A stretch of DNA of 64,000 bases from Eledone cirrhosa (Eukaryota). The stretch lies in NCBI GenBank assembly GCA_964016885.1, contig OZ024741.1:201872001-201936000 (forward strand), in the 5' to 3' direction. Position 1 is the stretch's first letter, and every line of letters begins with the position of its first letter. Made by a program: the position numbers and the translations under genes. Positions 25,371 through 38,664 of this stretch are shown in pieces. Below the pieces are notes generated by a model, which was not told the origin of the DNA, made no database searches, and saw only the letters and a list, made by a program, of their open reading frames with translations.

Positions 25371-26199
25371 TGTCAATTTACTTTTCACTTTACATATATA
25401 TATATTTGCGTATAATACCAATATGCACACTACATATGCTCGCAGAAAACCGCCTGTGGGTGGTTTTTCTGCTAGTTTCTTTAATCATTGTACAAACACC
25501 TATTATCTGGAATCACATATCATCTGTATATTAAAGAACATGCACACATACTTTAGTTCTTAGAAATATTCACAATCATCATGGGTAAAAAACATGTCAG
25601 TTGCATCAATAGTTCTTAATGTTTCTGTGATAGCTTTTCTGCTTTGAATTTGCATGTTATTTTTTTTTTATACCTAATTTTTATTTCTCTAATAAATTTA
25701 ACATTATTTCCTATTTTTTCATCATTCACAATTTTGCTGTTGTGTTCTATTTTAAATAAATTTCAAAAGCTTATAATTGACTACAGTTGATTTTTGTGAT
25801 AAATTTATATCTTCTAACAACTTCTACAACCACCAGATTCAAATTTATTAACTATTATTATAATCTCTTTTGTTTGATATCTAACTGGGTAAAAATTAGA
25901 CCACACTGACTGGTCAGTAATTCAATTTACTTCAATGCTCTAATTTGTCATAACATTATATGTGATTACTGCATCTCTGTTGGTTTTAAAATACAAATAA
26001 GTATTTAGATCTATTATATTTCAACTCACTTCTGGGATACATTATTTGTATATATGAACGAGCCTGTAACTCCTGGTCGAATTGTAAGGGTCCTGTAGTG
26101 ACTTTAAACCTGGCAGAACCCATCCTTTAACCAGGTCTGAACAGCCAATTTTTTCAGAGGAAGAGAAAGAGTGAGGGAGATGGAGAAAGTAAAGGAAGA

Positions 26200-26330
26200 A
26201 TTGACTCCACTATCAACTCCAAAAAGATGAAAAGCAAAGTTGACCTTGGTGGGATCCAAACTCAGAGCCAGAACGAATACAGCAAAGCATTCTATCCAAT
26301 GTTCTAATGATTCTGCCAATTCGCTGCCTT
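26200..26330 (-). mobile_element. Degenerate tRNA-derived Meta-type SINE
   Basis: Reverse of AAGGTCAACTTTGCTTTTCATC core and TGGCAGAATC head. Confidence 0.55.
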
Positions 26331-26879
26331 GGGATGCATTATAAAAATATAGAATAAACTGGGATTTAAACCAAGCAGAAATTAGTTTCAAGAATCACTC
26401 TATATACTGACATCAAGAAATAAATGTACTTAACTTGTACATAATAACACATTATATATCAACAAATAGACTGCTGTGGAATCACACAAGGGAAATTATC
26501 AATAAGTTGAAAGATGTTTATGGAGGATCTGAAAAATAAACAGAATTAATGGTTTGAAATTTGAAAGGCAGAAGCTTTCTTTAGATTGACAAAGTTGTTA
26601 CAGCATTGGACAAATGTTTAGCAGCATTTCATTGGGCTCTTTACGTTCTGAGTTCAAATCTTGCTGGGGTCAACTTTGCCTTTCAACCTCCCAAGCTGTA
26701 TAAAAAGGTGCAGAGCAATCAAAGTTGATGGAAACTATGAAAGACCTGGGATGAGGTGATAAAAGCTGACCTTGCTCAACTGAACCTCTCAAAGTCAATG
26801 ACACAGGATCGAGATCTTTGGCATTACACAGTACTGCAGAAGACACGGCTTCCCATGCGCACAGAATCAAACATATATC

Positions 26880-27199
26880 TAGTAGGCACCTCTTAACCAC
26901 TATCCTCCCTCCCCCTTCCATACACCCCATTCACATCTGCTCACACCACCCTTCTCCCATGCCTTTACACTCCTGTCCTAATCCACTCTGTAAAGTGGTC
27001 GTGTAGGTGCCACAACAAAAAGAACCCAGCACACACTGTAAATGTGGTTGGCGTTAGGAAGGGCATTCAGCCATAGAAGCCAAACCAGAAACAGTTCTGT
27101 ATGAGCAAGACAGTTTCCTAACCCGACTTGTCCAAAATAGGATAACCCATCTAATCCATGCTAGTGTGAAAAATAGACATTAAGCAATGATGATGATGA
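26880..27199 (+). mobile_element. RTE 3' UTR-type repeat
   Basis: Same tail motif and (GAT)n as 13320-13712. Confidence 0.7.
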
Positions 27200-27214
27200 C
27201 ATTATATATATATA

Positions 27215-28503
27215 CAGGGTGCGGACAATATTTGTTCGCAAGATTACTGTCTAGGAAAAATTAACACAGTAGTTTTATTTTTTAAGATATATTTATCAAA
27301 CTTGGGTCAGTTTGTCTTTATGACTTGTTCTTTCGATCTCACTCGATAAACTCGCCATTGGCTTTGATGACGGCCTCAAGGCGGCCTCGGAACCGGCTAC
27401 AGGCCTTCGTCACTGTCCCTCGACTTAGACCCCTAAAGGCACTTGTGATCCTGGCCTTCAGATCGTCTTTCGTATTGCAGCTAGATCTGTTGGTGTCTCG
27501 TTCCACTGCGCCCCACACAAAGAAGTCGAGAGGGTTGCAGTCAGGCGAGCTGAGAGGCCAGATGTCAGGTGAAGTGTGGTCGACGAAGTTCTCTTACAGC
27601 CAGGCTTGGGTCTTTTGGCTGGTATGGCAGGGCGCTGAGTCTTGCTGCCACACGTACGGCCTACGTGCAGCTACCTGGTCGATCCAGGGCTTTACTACCT
27701 CACTCAGAACGCGGATGTAACCATCGGTGTTTAGCTTGAAGCCCTCAGGGAAGAAGTGAGGTTGTATGACGACACCTAAGACCAATGTTGTCGCTGGAAA
27801 CTTTGTCTGCATGACTCTGGGCACGTCTTTGGATGAGTCAGCGAACCACCTGTTGTTCTGGGAGTTGATCTTCTGGTCTTGGCAGTAGTTTTTCTCGTAG
27901 GAGAAAAACCACAGCATGTCTGGCTCCAGTGGGTGTTTCAACTTGTTGATCAGCTTCTTTGCGTGCTTCAGTCGCTTTTCTTGCATCGCCTTTGATAGAA
28001 ATTGTCCTTTCCTCATCTTGTATGAAACATAGCGAATGTCTTCATGTACCACCAGCCTAATGAGCTTTTCATCCACGCCTTTCTCCCTTGCAATGGCATG
28101 CATCGACTTGCTAGGTTCATTGTTGATGATATCCTGAACTTCAGCGACGAACTCGGGCGTTCTGAAGGTGTCAGATCGTCGATCATGTGTTTTCCTCTCT
28201 GATGTTGCTTCGTAGTCGAATCCTGAATCTTCCAATTCCTTTCTGACCTTTTCCACCATTCTCCTGCTGACGCTGAGAAAGTCTGAAATTTCCTTATTTA
28301 TCCTCCCGGCGCGGATTCCAAGAAGAACTCCGTGTCTCTTCCACAAATTTGGAGGTTCAAAATTATTCATAATCAATTATTCTGAAAATAAATAATGGAA
28401 ATATAGTCAGTGTTTTTATGAAGACAAGAGTGACAACGGAAGTAAAAAAAATTTGCATAAAATTAGCAGTTGAAAATTGCGAACAAATATCGTCCACACC
28501 CTG
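27215..28503 (-). mobile_element. Full-length Tc1/mariner DD37D (maT-type) DNA transposon
   Basis: TIRs CAGGGTGCGGACAATATTTGTTCGCAA / TTGCGAACAAATATCGTCCACACCCTG, flanked by TA. Confidence 0.95.
27339..28370 (-). pseudogene. DD37D transposase, inactivated
   Basis: QQDSAPCH then 37 residues to SPDCNPLD; in-frame TAA at 27594; first catalytic D replaced (FSYEK instead of FSDEK). Confidence 0.9.
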
Positions 28504-28918
28504 TATATATATATATATATATACATACACGAGGGTGGGCTGAAAAGTTCATAGGCTGACTCTTAGAATTCTGTGATGCGAATGAGCTAACCATTTGCAA
28601 CACAAATTTCAGGAATTCAGCCAACCACCTGATTTCATGTACATGTATAGTTTACATGTACTGTCAGGGTGGTAGTTCCATAGCTGTGTTCTGTGGTTTA
28701 CATTTTCTGTCAGGATGGTAGCACTGTAGTTGTATTGTAGGGTTTACATGCCTTGTTAGGATGGCAGTACAGCAGTTTTGTTGTTGTATGATTTACATGT
28801 TGTTTCAGTGTGGTAGTGCTGCAGCAGTGTTGTTGTATACATTACCTGTTCTGCCAGGGTGGTAGTGCTATAGCATTGTTGTATGGATTACATGTTGTGT
28901 CTTGCTTGTAGTGTTGTA

Positions 28919-29640
28919 TGAAAGTGACCGAAAGAGTTATAGCACAGCTAATTAGGGAAAGAGTCAAATTAGTTTGGTTTTGTGCCTGGGAAAAGTACTA
29001 CTGATGCCCTCTTTCTCGTGAGGCAACTACTAGGGAAGTTTCTAACCAAGAATAAGACACAATATTCAGCCTTTGTTGATCTAGAAAAGGCCTTTGACAA
29101 AGTAACTCAATCTATTATGTAGTGATCCTTAAGGAAATTAGGTGTAGAAGAATGAGTTGTGAGAGCTGTGTAAGCCATTTACAAAGGAGCTGGCAGTAAA
29201 AAGTAGGAAGTGGTTTTAATGAGGAATTCAAAGTGCATCAAGGATCAGTTCTTAGCCCACTGTTGTTCATCATAGTTCTACAGAGGAGTTCAAGACTAAC
29301 TGTCCATGGGAACTTCTCTATGCAGATGATCTGATCTTTATAGCTGAATCCATAAAATAACTAGAGAATAAGTTCTGACTACGGAAACTGAATTTGGAAT
29401 AAAAAGGTCTGAGAGTAAACTAACCAAAATTAAACTGCCGGTAAGTAAGAAAGAATATAGGACCCTGATTCCTTCAGGGAAGTGGCCCTGCTCAATATAT
29501 AGAAAAAGAGTAGGCATAAACTTCATATGATGTACACAATGTAAATCTTATGTGCACAAGAAATGTAGTGAGATAATAGGTAGACTATAGGAAGGGAAGA
29601 CTTTGTATGTAAAATATACACAAGGGTAATCGAGAGGAAG
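28919..29640 (+). mobile_element. Degraded RTE LINE RT fragment (family of 10188-12163)
   Basis: Nucleotide similarity to 10730-11460. Confidence 0.8.
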
Positions 29641-29694
29641 AATATCACTTGTATGAATACTTCATATGATTGGAAAAGGTTTTTATCACTGATA

Positions 29695-30690
29695 TTCTTC
29701 CTCTCGATCAGAATCAACCATCTCCAACTGATCCAGCTGGATCCCCAAGCATAACCAGCCAAGCTCATAGATGTTATCAACCCATCTTGCTCAGGGTCTA
29801 CCCCTGGATCTCCTGCTGGTTGGGTTTGCCCATAAAATCTGTCCAATAATTCTTTCCAGAGACATTCTAACCACATGCCCATAGTATCAGAGCTGTGATC
29901 TTTCAATTTGGAGAAGTAGTGGCTTTATCTGGAGTGATTCTCTGATCTATGAGCTACACACTTTATTGAGTGATGTTACTCCAAAGATCCTTCAGAGCAA
30001 CCCCATTCTGGCTGCTTGTATTTGTGACTGTATTTTTTCAGTCATTACCCAAGATTCATGACCATAGGTAAGGGTTGGTGCAAATACTAAATTGAAGATA
30101 GCAAGTTTGGCTTTACACCTACCTCTCTTCTGATTACCGAATACTGAAGCTGGCCTTCCATCACTGGTGAATATGGCCCTGAAATACTTGAATTTCTCTA
30201 CCTGCTTCAGTGGAACTCCATTCACATGTAGAGTGCACTACAAAGGCTTCCCTGAGAGGACAAACGTCTCAGTTTTCACAGTAGGTCTTTGAGAAATCAT
30301 GGAAGTACTGCTAAGAGGTGTATTCTTGCTTTGTAGATCTCGAAAAGGCATTTGACTGTGTTCCACAGGACCTGCAGTGGAAGGTATCGATGGTCAGTTT
30401 GGTGCCCTGATGTCTCTATACATATACCCAAGTATTTATGATCAGATAAACGGTGCTAAATGAAAAGCATTCAATGTGGGAGTTGGACTCCTCCAAGGGT
30501 GCACCTGTCATCTCTCCTGTTCATTATTTACATGAACAGGATTGACATGTGCAGCCAGGCTGGAAGTGGTATTATGACTGGCAGGTGTAGAATAAGTCGG
30601 CTGGAATTTGCAGACAACATGGTATTACTTAATTTGACTTGGACTTGATAGGTTTGATGCTGAGTACAGCATAGCTGGAATGAAAATCAG
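29695..30690. mobile_element. RTE fragments in opposite orientations (29695-30280 minus, 30285-30690 plus)
   Basis: LKQVEKFKY, PTLTYGHESW on minus; VDLEKAFD, LSSLLFIIYM, LEFADNMV on plus. Confidence 0.75.
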
Positions 30691-30819
30691 AAAATTAGTA
30701 ATAATTTCTAAATCCTTCCAAATTCTTGATTGCCTAAGATTTTCAATTCATTTAAAAATCAGTGTCTTTCATTAGAAATACAAGCAGAAAAACCACCTTT
30801 CGGGTGGTTTTCTGCTCGC

Positions 30820-31581
30820 ATGTTTAGTCTGTATATTGATATTATACGCAGGCATATATACATGTAGATATGATACATCAAATAAAATCGTAATTGACAA
30901 TATATAATACATAGAAATTGAACGAAGACTGTGTTACACTGTCTTATTTAATCAGTAACGTAATCCATGATACATTAAAAAAAGACGATATTATATATTA
31001 GGAGAAAATTAGTGACAGAAATATATGAATATTTATTTAAACAATCGTTAACCGGAAGTGGTGAGATTTGAAAATTTTAAAGAAGTGAATCTTTAAATAA
31101 GTAATAAAATATATTTATTAAACAGCCACGAAATTTAGTAGATAAATTATGTAATATTCATTCATTATTTATTCAAAGTAATCCAACTTATTTTACTAAG
31201 GGGATAAACAATTATAAACAGTACGCAGTCCCGCGCTTCTTACTTTATTATAGTTTAGATTGTAACAAAAGTGTTAAATATTATTATTAGTGTTACATAT
31301 TCAATGGGAATTTATGTTGTGTCATCACAGATTAAGTGCCATATCTTTGATTGTTGATAATTTACAGTTCTTTTGCCTATTTTTATTAAAAATTTTAAAT
31401 CAATATTGTAAAGTACATCAAAAGCAACACTATTACCAATGTACTATTTAAAAAAGGGGGTTGTTCGCAAAAGTTCTTTGTTAGATATAAAGACAGATTT
31501 TTTTATGGTAGTAAATGGAAAGGGTGTGTCAAATTTGTAAAAGTTTAGCTGCACGGAAATCCTGAATTCCACTATTTGACC
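30820..31581. repeat. ~770-bp non-coding segment directly repeated at 40450-41225
   Basis: Long near-identical match; diverged inverted copy 22960-23160; partial copy 41226-41457. Confidence 0.9.
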
Positions 31582-32524
31582 TAGATTAAGGAATATAGTG
31601 AATTGTTTAAACAAGCTATCTTTTACAGAATAAACTTTATGTAAACAGCAATCTATTTTTAAAAGACATACTACCTACAACACTTATTTAATGCAAGAAA
31701 GTGAAACCACACACTGAAAGAAAGTTACGTGATACATATTCATTTGATACTACACAAATATTTGCTGGAGAAAATTTGTTAAAGTTCATCAATAATGATA
31801 TTTCTGACCATACAAAAAACAAGGCTAATGGTTTCTAAGAATTTCTGAAACAAGCAACATCAGAAGTTGTGGTATAATTGATAGTAGATGAGGCAACTGA
31901 TACAGTAAATATGGTATCATCATCATCATCATCATTGGCCCCATCGTTTTTAGCTCCACTCTTCCATGGGTTGGACAGGATATTACAGTGGGATGTTCTT
32001 CCTGATGCTACCACTTTTAGTTTCCTTTTACGGCATACAGAGGAGGAGGAGGAGGAGAAGAAGCAGAAGAAGATATTAATTTTGACAAAAGAGGGGTCAA
32101 TATATATTGGTACATTATCAAATATTTTTTTTAAAAATAAGTTGCTCTGAAGTGGTAGACCAATGGCCATATGTTGAAACACCAATGTGATCTCCACTGT
32201 CCTTATCAAGTGGAATACTAACCATTTCACTGACTAGAGATATTCTTACAAGCCTTGTTAATGATTCCATCTCAACTAGACTTGTCGCAAAAGACACCAT
32301 GAAGAGTAGCTTTATAACAATGCTTGCTACATTTTTGTTTTCTGATTTGATCTTCGTTGGGTCTTCCTAACCTAAAAATACTTTAAGTATTCCATATAAT
32401 GTAGTGTATTAATTTAACAGTTTTCTGCATCCTCACTTTAAATACATTATTGTCTCCCACTCTCCTCTTTACACTTGTTTATTCAAAATATACGAGTCTT
32501 TTTAATTTACTGTATATCAGAATA

Positions 32525-32785
32525 TCCAGTCTACACTAAAGTGGTTGTGTAGGTGTCACGACAAAAAAGCACCAAGTCCACGCTGTAAAATGGTCGTGTA
32601 GGAGACACAGTAAAAGGCTCCCAGTCCACACTGTAAATGTGGTTGGTGTTAGGAAGGGCATCCAGCCATAGAAAACCTGTCAGATACAGTCCTATACGAG
32701 TGAGACACGGTCACCCGATTAATCTTGCCTCAAGTGGGACAATTCCCGTGCTAGCGTGGAAGGTAGACGTTAAACGATGATGATG
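32525..32785 (+). mobile_element. RTE 3' UTR-type repeat
   Basis: Tail motif; close relative at 55606-55850 (minus). Confidence 0.75.
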
Positions 32786-33364
32786 TGTGTATATATCACA
32801 TACAGTAGTTTTATTCAGAATTGTATAAATAATATTAGAAATAAAAAAGAAAAGGAAAAGGAAAAAAAAGATAACAATATCGAGAGGAGCAGTGGGAAAC
32901 CTCTCTAATTATTTTCGAGGCAATCCAGCACATTTGAAGCGTAACCTTGGGTGAAGGTGGGTCTGATGTGCTGGAACAGCCAAGCGCCTTTACAAACATC
33001 ACCAATCACCTCAATTAGGTGAACCACCAGTGATGACAAGAACCTCGAAGTTAGCAGCCCAACTCCCACAAACGCCTCGAAGTAATTTATTTTGTATATT
33101 TCATGTATAAAAGCTTTTCGTTGTGAGAAATGTACAAGTCTTGAAATGAATTAACCCTTTAGCATTTACATTACTCTATATATACTATTGTATTTTTATG
33201 GTAAAGGCTTTATCTTAGATAATTATTTCACAATTATCTTAGCAACGATTCTGGTTGAATATATATCTTTACTTCACTTCAGCAAAAAGGAAAAATATAT
33301 GATTACTTCAAATCATAAATATAAACTTTAATTATAGTGTTCAATAAGGCTTCTGTGTTGTAAT

Positions 33365-33870
33365 GATAATAAGGAAATTATTGTGTACAGTGCTCAGGTG
33401 CACTACAACTCATCAAAGGTGCATGTATAGTACATAGAATATGTACTATACATGCAGGAAAGTGAACAGTGTATAAGTCATGATACACTCAGGTGTAGTG
33501 TTGGCGAATTTCGGGAAGCATGGAGGTTTTGAAGGATGCAATGTTTCGACAGTTAACAAGTGATGCAGGTAGTTTGTTCTTTGCTTCAGGAAATCTGAAT
33601 ATGAAAAAATGTTTCTGAAAGTCATGGGAGCTGAGCTGTTTTCTGACTTTGTAGGCATGCCCACAGGTGTTAGACACATGGAATTCAAAACGGTGCTCAG
33701 GGTTGTTGGGTTAATAATTTTGTGGGTATTTACCAAGTCAGTTGCCAGATGTCAGAGCTTCAATATATCCATGCCCAAGGAAGCAAGGCATTCAGATTAT
33801 GGTAGATGCCTTTTGGAGGGTATTCACTTGGCTGCACGTCTCTGAACAGTTTCCAGGAGGTCGATATTCT
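33365..33870 (-). mobile_element. CR1/L2-type LINE 3' fragment
   Basis: NIDLLETVQRRAAK, NTCGHAYKVRKQLS, (ATT)n tail; paralog at 50835-51487. Confidence 0.8.
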
Positions 33871-34589
33871 AACTTATATTAATAGTCTTTCTAACCACCA
33901 CTCCTCTATTATTAAATCTATTGTAAAGGCTATTTCCCATAGTATCTCTAGACTCTCTGCATATGAAGACATTTAACGAAATAGCTTGCCAGATCTTCTT
34001 TTCATCGTGCCAACGTTGATGATGCCAACTCTGAAGTTATGGAGTTCAATGGAAGAGTGAGAAGTAAAAGATGAAAACTTGGTAGGGGGAGCTACCTAGT
34101 TGTAGGAGGGGGGAATTGGTGTTGGTTATCCATATCTGAAATAGAGGAAAGCGATTGCGTGTTCGTCCAGAGGTGGTTGGTGTGTTCATATTCGTCAATT
34201 AGTAATGCTCCAGCTTAGTAATCCATATGCCACATAGAAACAAACATCAGACCGAAAACAACTGTCCTAGAATAGGGATTGAGTTAGCAGATTACTAGTT
34301 TGTGTTGCAAATATTTGATTGGTTGATGTAGCAGTGGTGGTGGGAGGGAGGGGAAGGGGGTATGGTGAAAGAGCATGCCAAAACAGCATGGGGAAAGAGA
34401 AAACAAAATTTTTCTAGATCAGGAGTGAGGTAAGGAGGATAAATATATGGCGAAGGGACAATTTTGTTTTAGAAAAGAAAGAAAAATATGTGTCGGATGG
34501 GAGACAGAGATCTGTGTAAAAAATGTAAGGATTAAGCATGGTTGGATTGGAGAAGGAAACAAAGAGATTACATTATTTGACAGAAAACG

Positions 34590-34712
34590 CAATAATAATT
34601 GTTTCTACTTTTGGCACAAGGCCAGCAATTACACAGTACATTACTGGTACTTTATTTTATCGACCCCGTAAGGATGAAAGGCAAAGTTAACCTCGGCGGG
34701 ATTTGAACCCAG
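34590..34712 (-). mobile_element. Meta-type SINE fragment
   Basis: Reverse of GTTCAAATCCCGCCGAGGTTAACTTTGCCTTTCATCCTTACGGGGTCGATAAAATAAAGTACCAG. Confidence 0.8.
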
Positions 34713-35647
34713 AATAGCAATAATAATAATAATGAACCATATCCGAGAGAAGTTGGGAGTGAAATGAAAGGGTCTAAATGAAAGAGCATGGTAAAACAGC
34801 ATGGGGGAAAGAGGAAAACAAAATTCTTTCTAGATCAGAAGCGAAGTGCGAAGGAAAAATATTAATAATATTAATAATATAATGATATTATTATAATATT
34901 ATCATTATTCACTCTGGAATACATCTTCAGAAAAACAATATTAGATTTGGAGAATGCATATCGCAAAATACCAGATAAAACAGGCAATGATCAGCTAATA
35001 AGAGATATGAAGGGGAAAAGAGTCTCTTTTAAAAAGCCAAATATGAAAGATAGATTCATAAGTCAGGCAGCAAAAAGCATTAATGTTAAGCATTATGCAA
35101 TTTGATTTAATCAACAAAAAGTATAATGTATAAGACATAAGTCCTCATGCTGTAATTTAGTTTTATGTATACATATAGTGTACTTAAAAGCACATTCATT
35201 TGAAATTTTTTCCCCACAAAATACGGTTGTTAAGCACCGTTTATGGCAGTGTAAAATTAATAATGGTAGTATACGAAAGGACATTTGAATTTTCAACATT
35301 CGGTGTTCAATTATAATTTGGGCCAAAATATGTTTACATATTATAAGTTAAATGGTGACCTTTAATATCATTGTACTGGGTTACTAAAACTTATCTATGA
35401 ATTTAAGTGTAAAAAACATGTGTAAATTTACATATAGTTAAAGGGAATTTAAGTGGACTTAATTTTAATATTAATGCCATAAGACTCTGGTATTTAATGT
35501 TATAGAAGGATGTTGCTTGTAAAGAATATGAGTAGGTGGTAATAACAATGTATAATTCTTTAACAAGAAGCATGGTTGATGTATATATATATATATATTG
35601 TAAAGGAGCTTTTCATGCTTAAATACTCCTGCGTGGAAAGTCACCAA

Positions 35648-37907
35648 TTTTAAGAGTTCAGATATGTTATAGTTAATAGCGCCACGTGAAGCATAATAAC
35701 GATGTCAACGGCAGAAATAAGAGATAAAATGTATGTTTATTTTATTGTAGCACAAAGTAATGTTTGTTAAATTGTATGGTTGAAGTTAAACATAAAATGT
35801 TTACAAAAGGAATGTGGCATTGTGCCAGGCCCAAGGCAGGCCGGCAGGCCAAAGTGCAAATCTCACCGTTACATTGTTTGTGTTGGCCCTTCGGCGTTCA
35901 AGCAGCAAGAGAATAAGTGATCTTTACATTAACATGGTCAGGATGCAAGAGAGCAATTTCTCGAATCGACGCAGGAATTTTTCCTGCAGGGCGCATAGAA
36001 ATACATTCTGCTCCGCTGGCGGTCATTGGCTGGGCTGAGCCAAATAATGCACGGAGAATGTATGTGAGCCCGCTGAATGTAGGTCACTACAAAACCCCCT
36101 TCCTGTCGTCAGACGATAAATATTATTGAATCAGCAGGAAAAAATGCTGAAAGAGCACATCAATGAAAAAAATTGAACAAAAGAATGCATGCAAGAAGAA
36201 AAATGAGGTGCTAAGGGCCGTGTTTCGCCGCTGTGTCAAATGACTAGCTGTTTTGTAGCTTATATGTGACCACCAGGGGTCTAACAGAAAACGGATAAAG
36301 TCTGACATAGGCGAAGTTGCTGTTCTTGCCTTAAATGTTAATGGTAAGTGTTATACCGGTAGCTGTGGATGAAGCTGTTATGGTAGTTTACCAGTAGGTG
36401 TTGTCAATGATGGTGCTGTTCGTTCTTTACCAGAGCTGTATGGCTGTTATGGTAAATGTAGCAAAGCTGGCAAGAAGATGATGAGTAGGTGAAAAAATGT
36501 CGGTCTCCCAGATGAATTGCCGGAAGTGCTAGGCAGCCAGGAAAAAATGGCTGGTTGCTTTGAAAAGAAAAAAGGCAAGTTGAATCTGTAGGTGGGTAGT
36601 AGTTGAATCTGTAGGTGGGTAGTAAATTCCATAATTCTGGCGAATCCATAGGAGAAATGGAGGAAATGCTGACAGGTCCAGTTCCATTTGTTGTTTTCCC
36701 AGTGAGTCGGGTAAAGTAACAAGATGGAGGTTGTTATGCTATAGGACGAGGAGTGTGCAACGAGATGCGAACTGTTTGAATCCAGCTGCAATTAACATTC
36801 TCGTGTTGCGGTGCAGGTGAATTAAGCTGCATGTGTCGATAGCATGTTTTGGTGTCTCCACAAAGTGAGAAGGGATCTCGCAGAATATTACAATGCTTGA
36901 AGATCATTTACTAAGGCAACAACATGTTGGTGTGCGTGTCAAAGAAATATGTGTGCATATGCAGGCATGTAATACAGCAAGGAAAATGAATGAATAAAAA
37001 ACATGAGCAAGCAAAGGAGCACAAAACGTAAATGCATTTTACAAAGATAAGTGTGAATGTAACAAACTGATAATTCAAAGTCAATATAAGGGAGCAGAGA
37101 AAATTAATGCTCAATGGTAAGTTCAAAGTTTTTCAAAGTCAAATAGTTCATACATCACCAGTGTACAGACTTTCTGACACTAGTTCTATCTGAAAACTGA
37201 AAAAGAAGTTTGTTAATGCCACTAGGGGTTAGATGTATATTGTTTTTGAGAGTTTTTGTGGCCATTTTACCGTCCTGCCACCTCGTGTGACATAAGGTTG
37301 TGTTAACAAATTTTTTTGAAATACAGCTAATTAATTTTTTTTTTATATATACATACATTCCTATTATTTTTTTTTAATCGGGGTCACCAATTTTAACAGG
37401 ATTGTTTTAAGAGTAGATGTATTACCACGAAGAATTGAGGTTAGGCTCTAAGTCTCAGGTTCTGTTGCTGCTGTGATAATACCTCTGGAAAGAATCCTTC
37501 CATATCATATTTAAAGGCATTGCTGTGGTAACAGCATCACAAGACTTACGATGTTTTTATGTTATTTATTAACAAAAGTTGAGCTGGGTAGCGCAGAGTA
37601 GAGCTGACATGCCAAGAGAAATAAAACAAACGAATTAAGATGTTTAGAAGGCAAAGTCTACTGGCTGAAGTTTTGCCAGGCCGTGGTTATGTTGTTGTGT
37701 TACATATTGGCAAGTGATTTGACAAAGAAAAGCAGTTGTTTACCTTTTCGCTGTCGGGCTGCAAGAGAGCGATTTCTCGAATTGACGCGGGAATTTTTCC
37801 TGCAGGGCGCGTAGAAATACATTCTCCTCCGCTGGCGGTCATTGGCTGGGCTGAGCCAAATAATGCACGGAGAATGTATGTGAGCCCGCGGAATGTTGGT
37901 CACTACA
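35648..37907 (-). mobile_element. Internally deleted Gypsy-like LTR retrotransposon
   Basis: LTRs begin TGTAGTGACC at 37907 and 36091; PBS TGGTGACCCCGA at 37378-37389 (tRNA-Trp type); PPT AGGAAGGGGG before the second LTR; SGNSSGR gag-end-like and RFLLDP protease-like relics. Confidence 0.8.
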
Positions 37908-38224
37908 ATTCCTATCATAATTTTTAATTTACATTAATTGTTTATTAAGTAGGATAATATTTATAATAGTAAAAAGAATAGGAATTCCTGTGTGGGCATG
38001 TTGAAATTTTTTCGAATTTTCTATTCAATAAATCTAGATTAGACTTAGTTTTTAAGAGGCACTCAGAGAAACACTAAATACATTTAGGCTACCAGCCTCG
38101 CGGTTTTACAATGTGAACAGGAAAGGAACTAAGGAATTTCAAATTTTTTAAATCCCATAGCAAGTAAAGTTGTATTCCTCAGTTTTACATTTCTAAGAAT
38201 AAAATTGGAAGTAGTACCATGACT

Positions 38225-38620
38225 AGTAGCTATTCAACGTTGCATCAATGTAAGCTTTAGTACCATTAGGTGTAGGAACAATGCACTCATATACTATATC
38301 AGATACAAGGCAATTACCATTAAGGGAACAACATTGTGGTTGTCTGCAATTACAGTTATGGTTAGCAAGTGGGTTACCATGAGTATTATATATGGTATTA
38401 TGGTTATTCAAATGGTTTGGACTTCTACAAGAGTAAGGCTTCCACCTAGTTTCCAAAGCAGTTTTGGTAGAGCTAGCTATATTGTCTGATATTAAATTAC
38501 TCTTATTCAATTTTGTACAGTTGCTACAGGCTAAATAGTCAGCTGAATTAGGTGTTGTTGAATAGGAAAGTTTGACAGTATTTTTATTTAACAGGTTGTG
38601 GAATTTATGTGATTGGAGAA
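38225..38620 (-). mobile_element. Penelope-like linker/GIY-YIG fragment
   Basis: HKFHNLLNKNTVKLSYSTTPN..CNCR..CSLNGNCL..IVYEC..AYIDAT. Confidence 0.85.
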
Positions 38621-38664
38621 AAGTGTTATCAATTATAAGAACAACTCTTGGCAATACTCCCATG

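Noticed and set aside
28528-28560. Second mariner element (CGAGGG..CTGAAAAGTTC end)
   Set aside because: Only one TIR-like end seen; no partner or transposase
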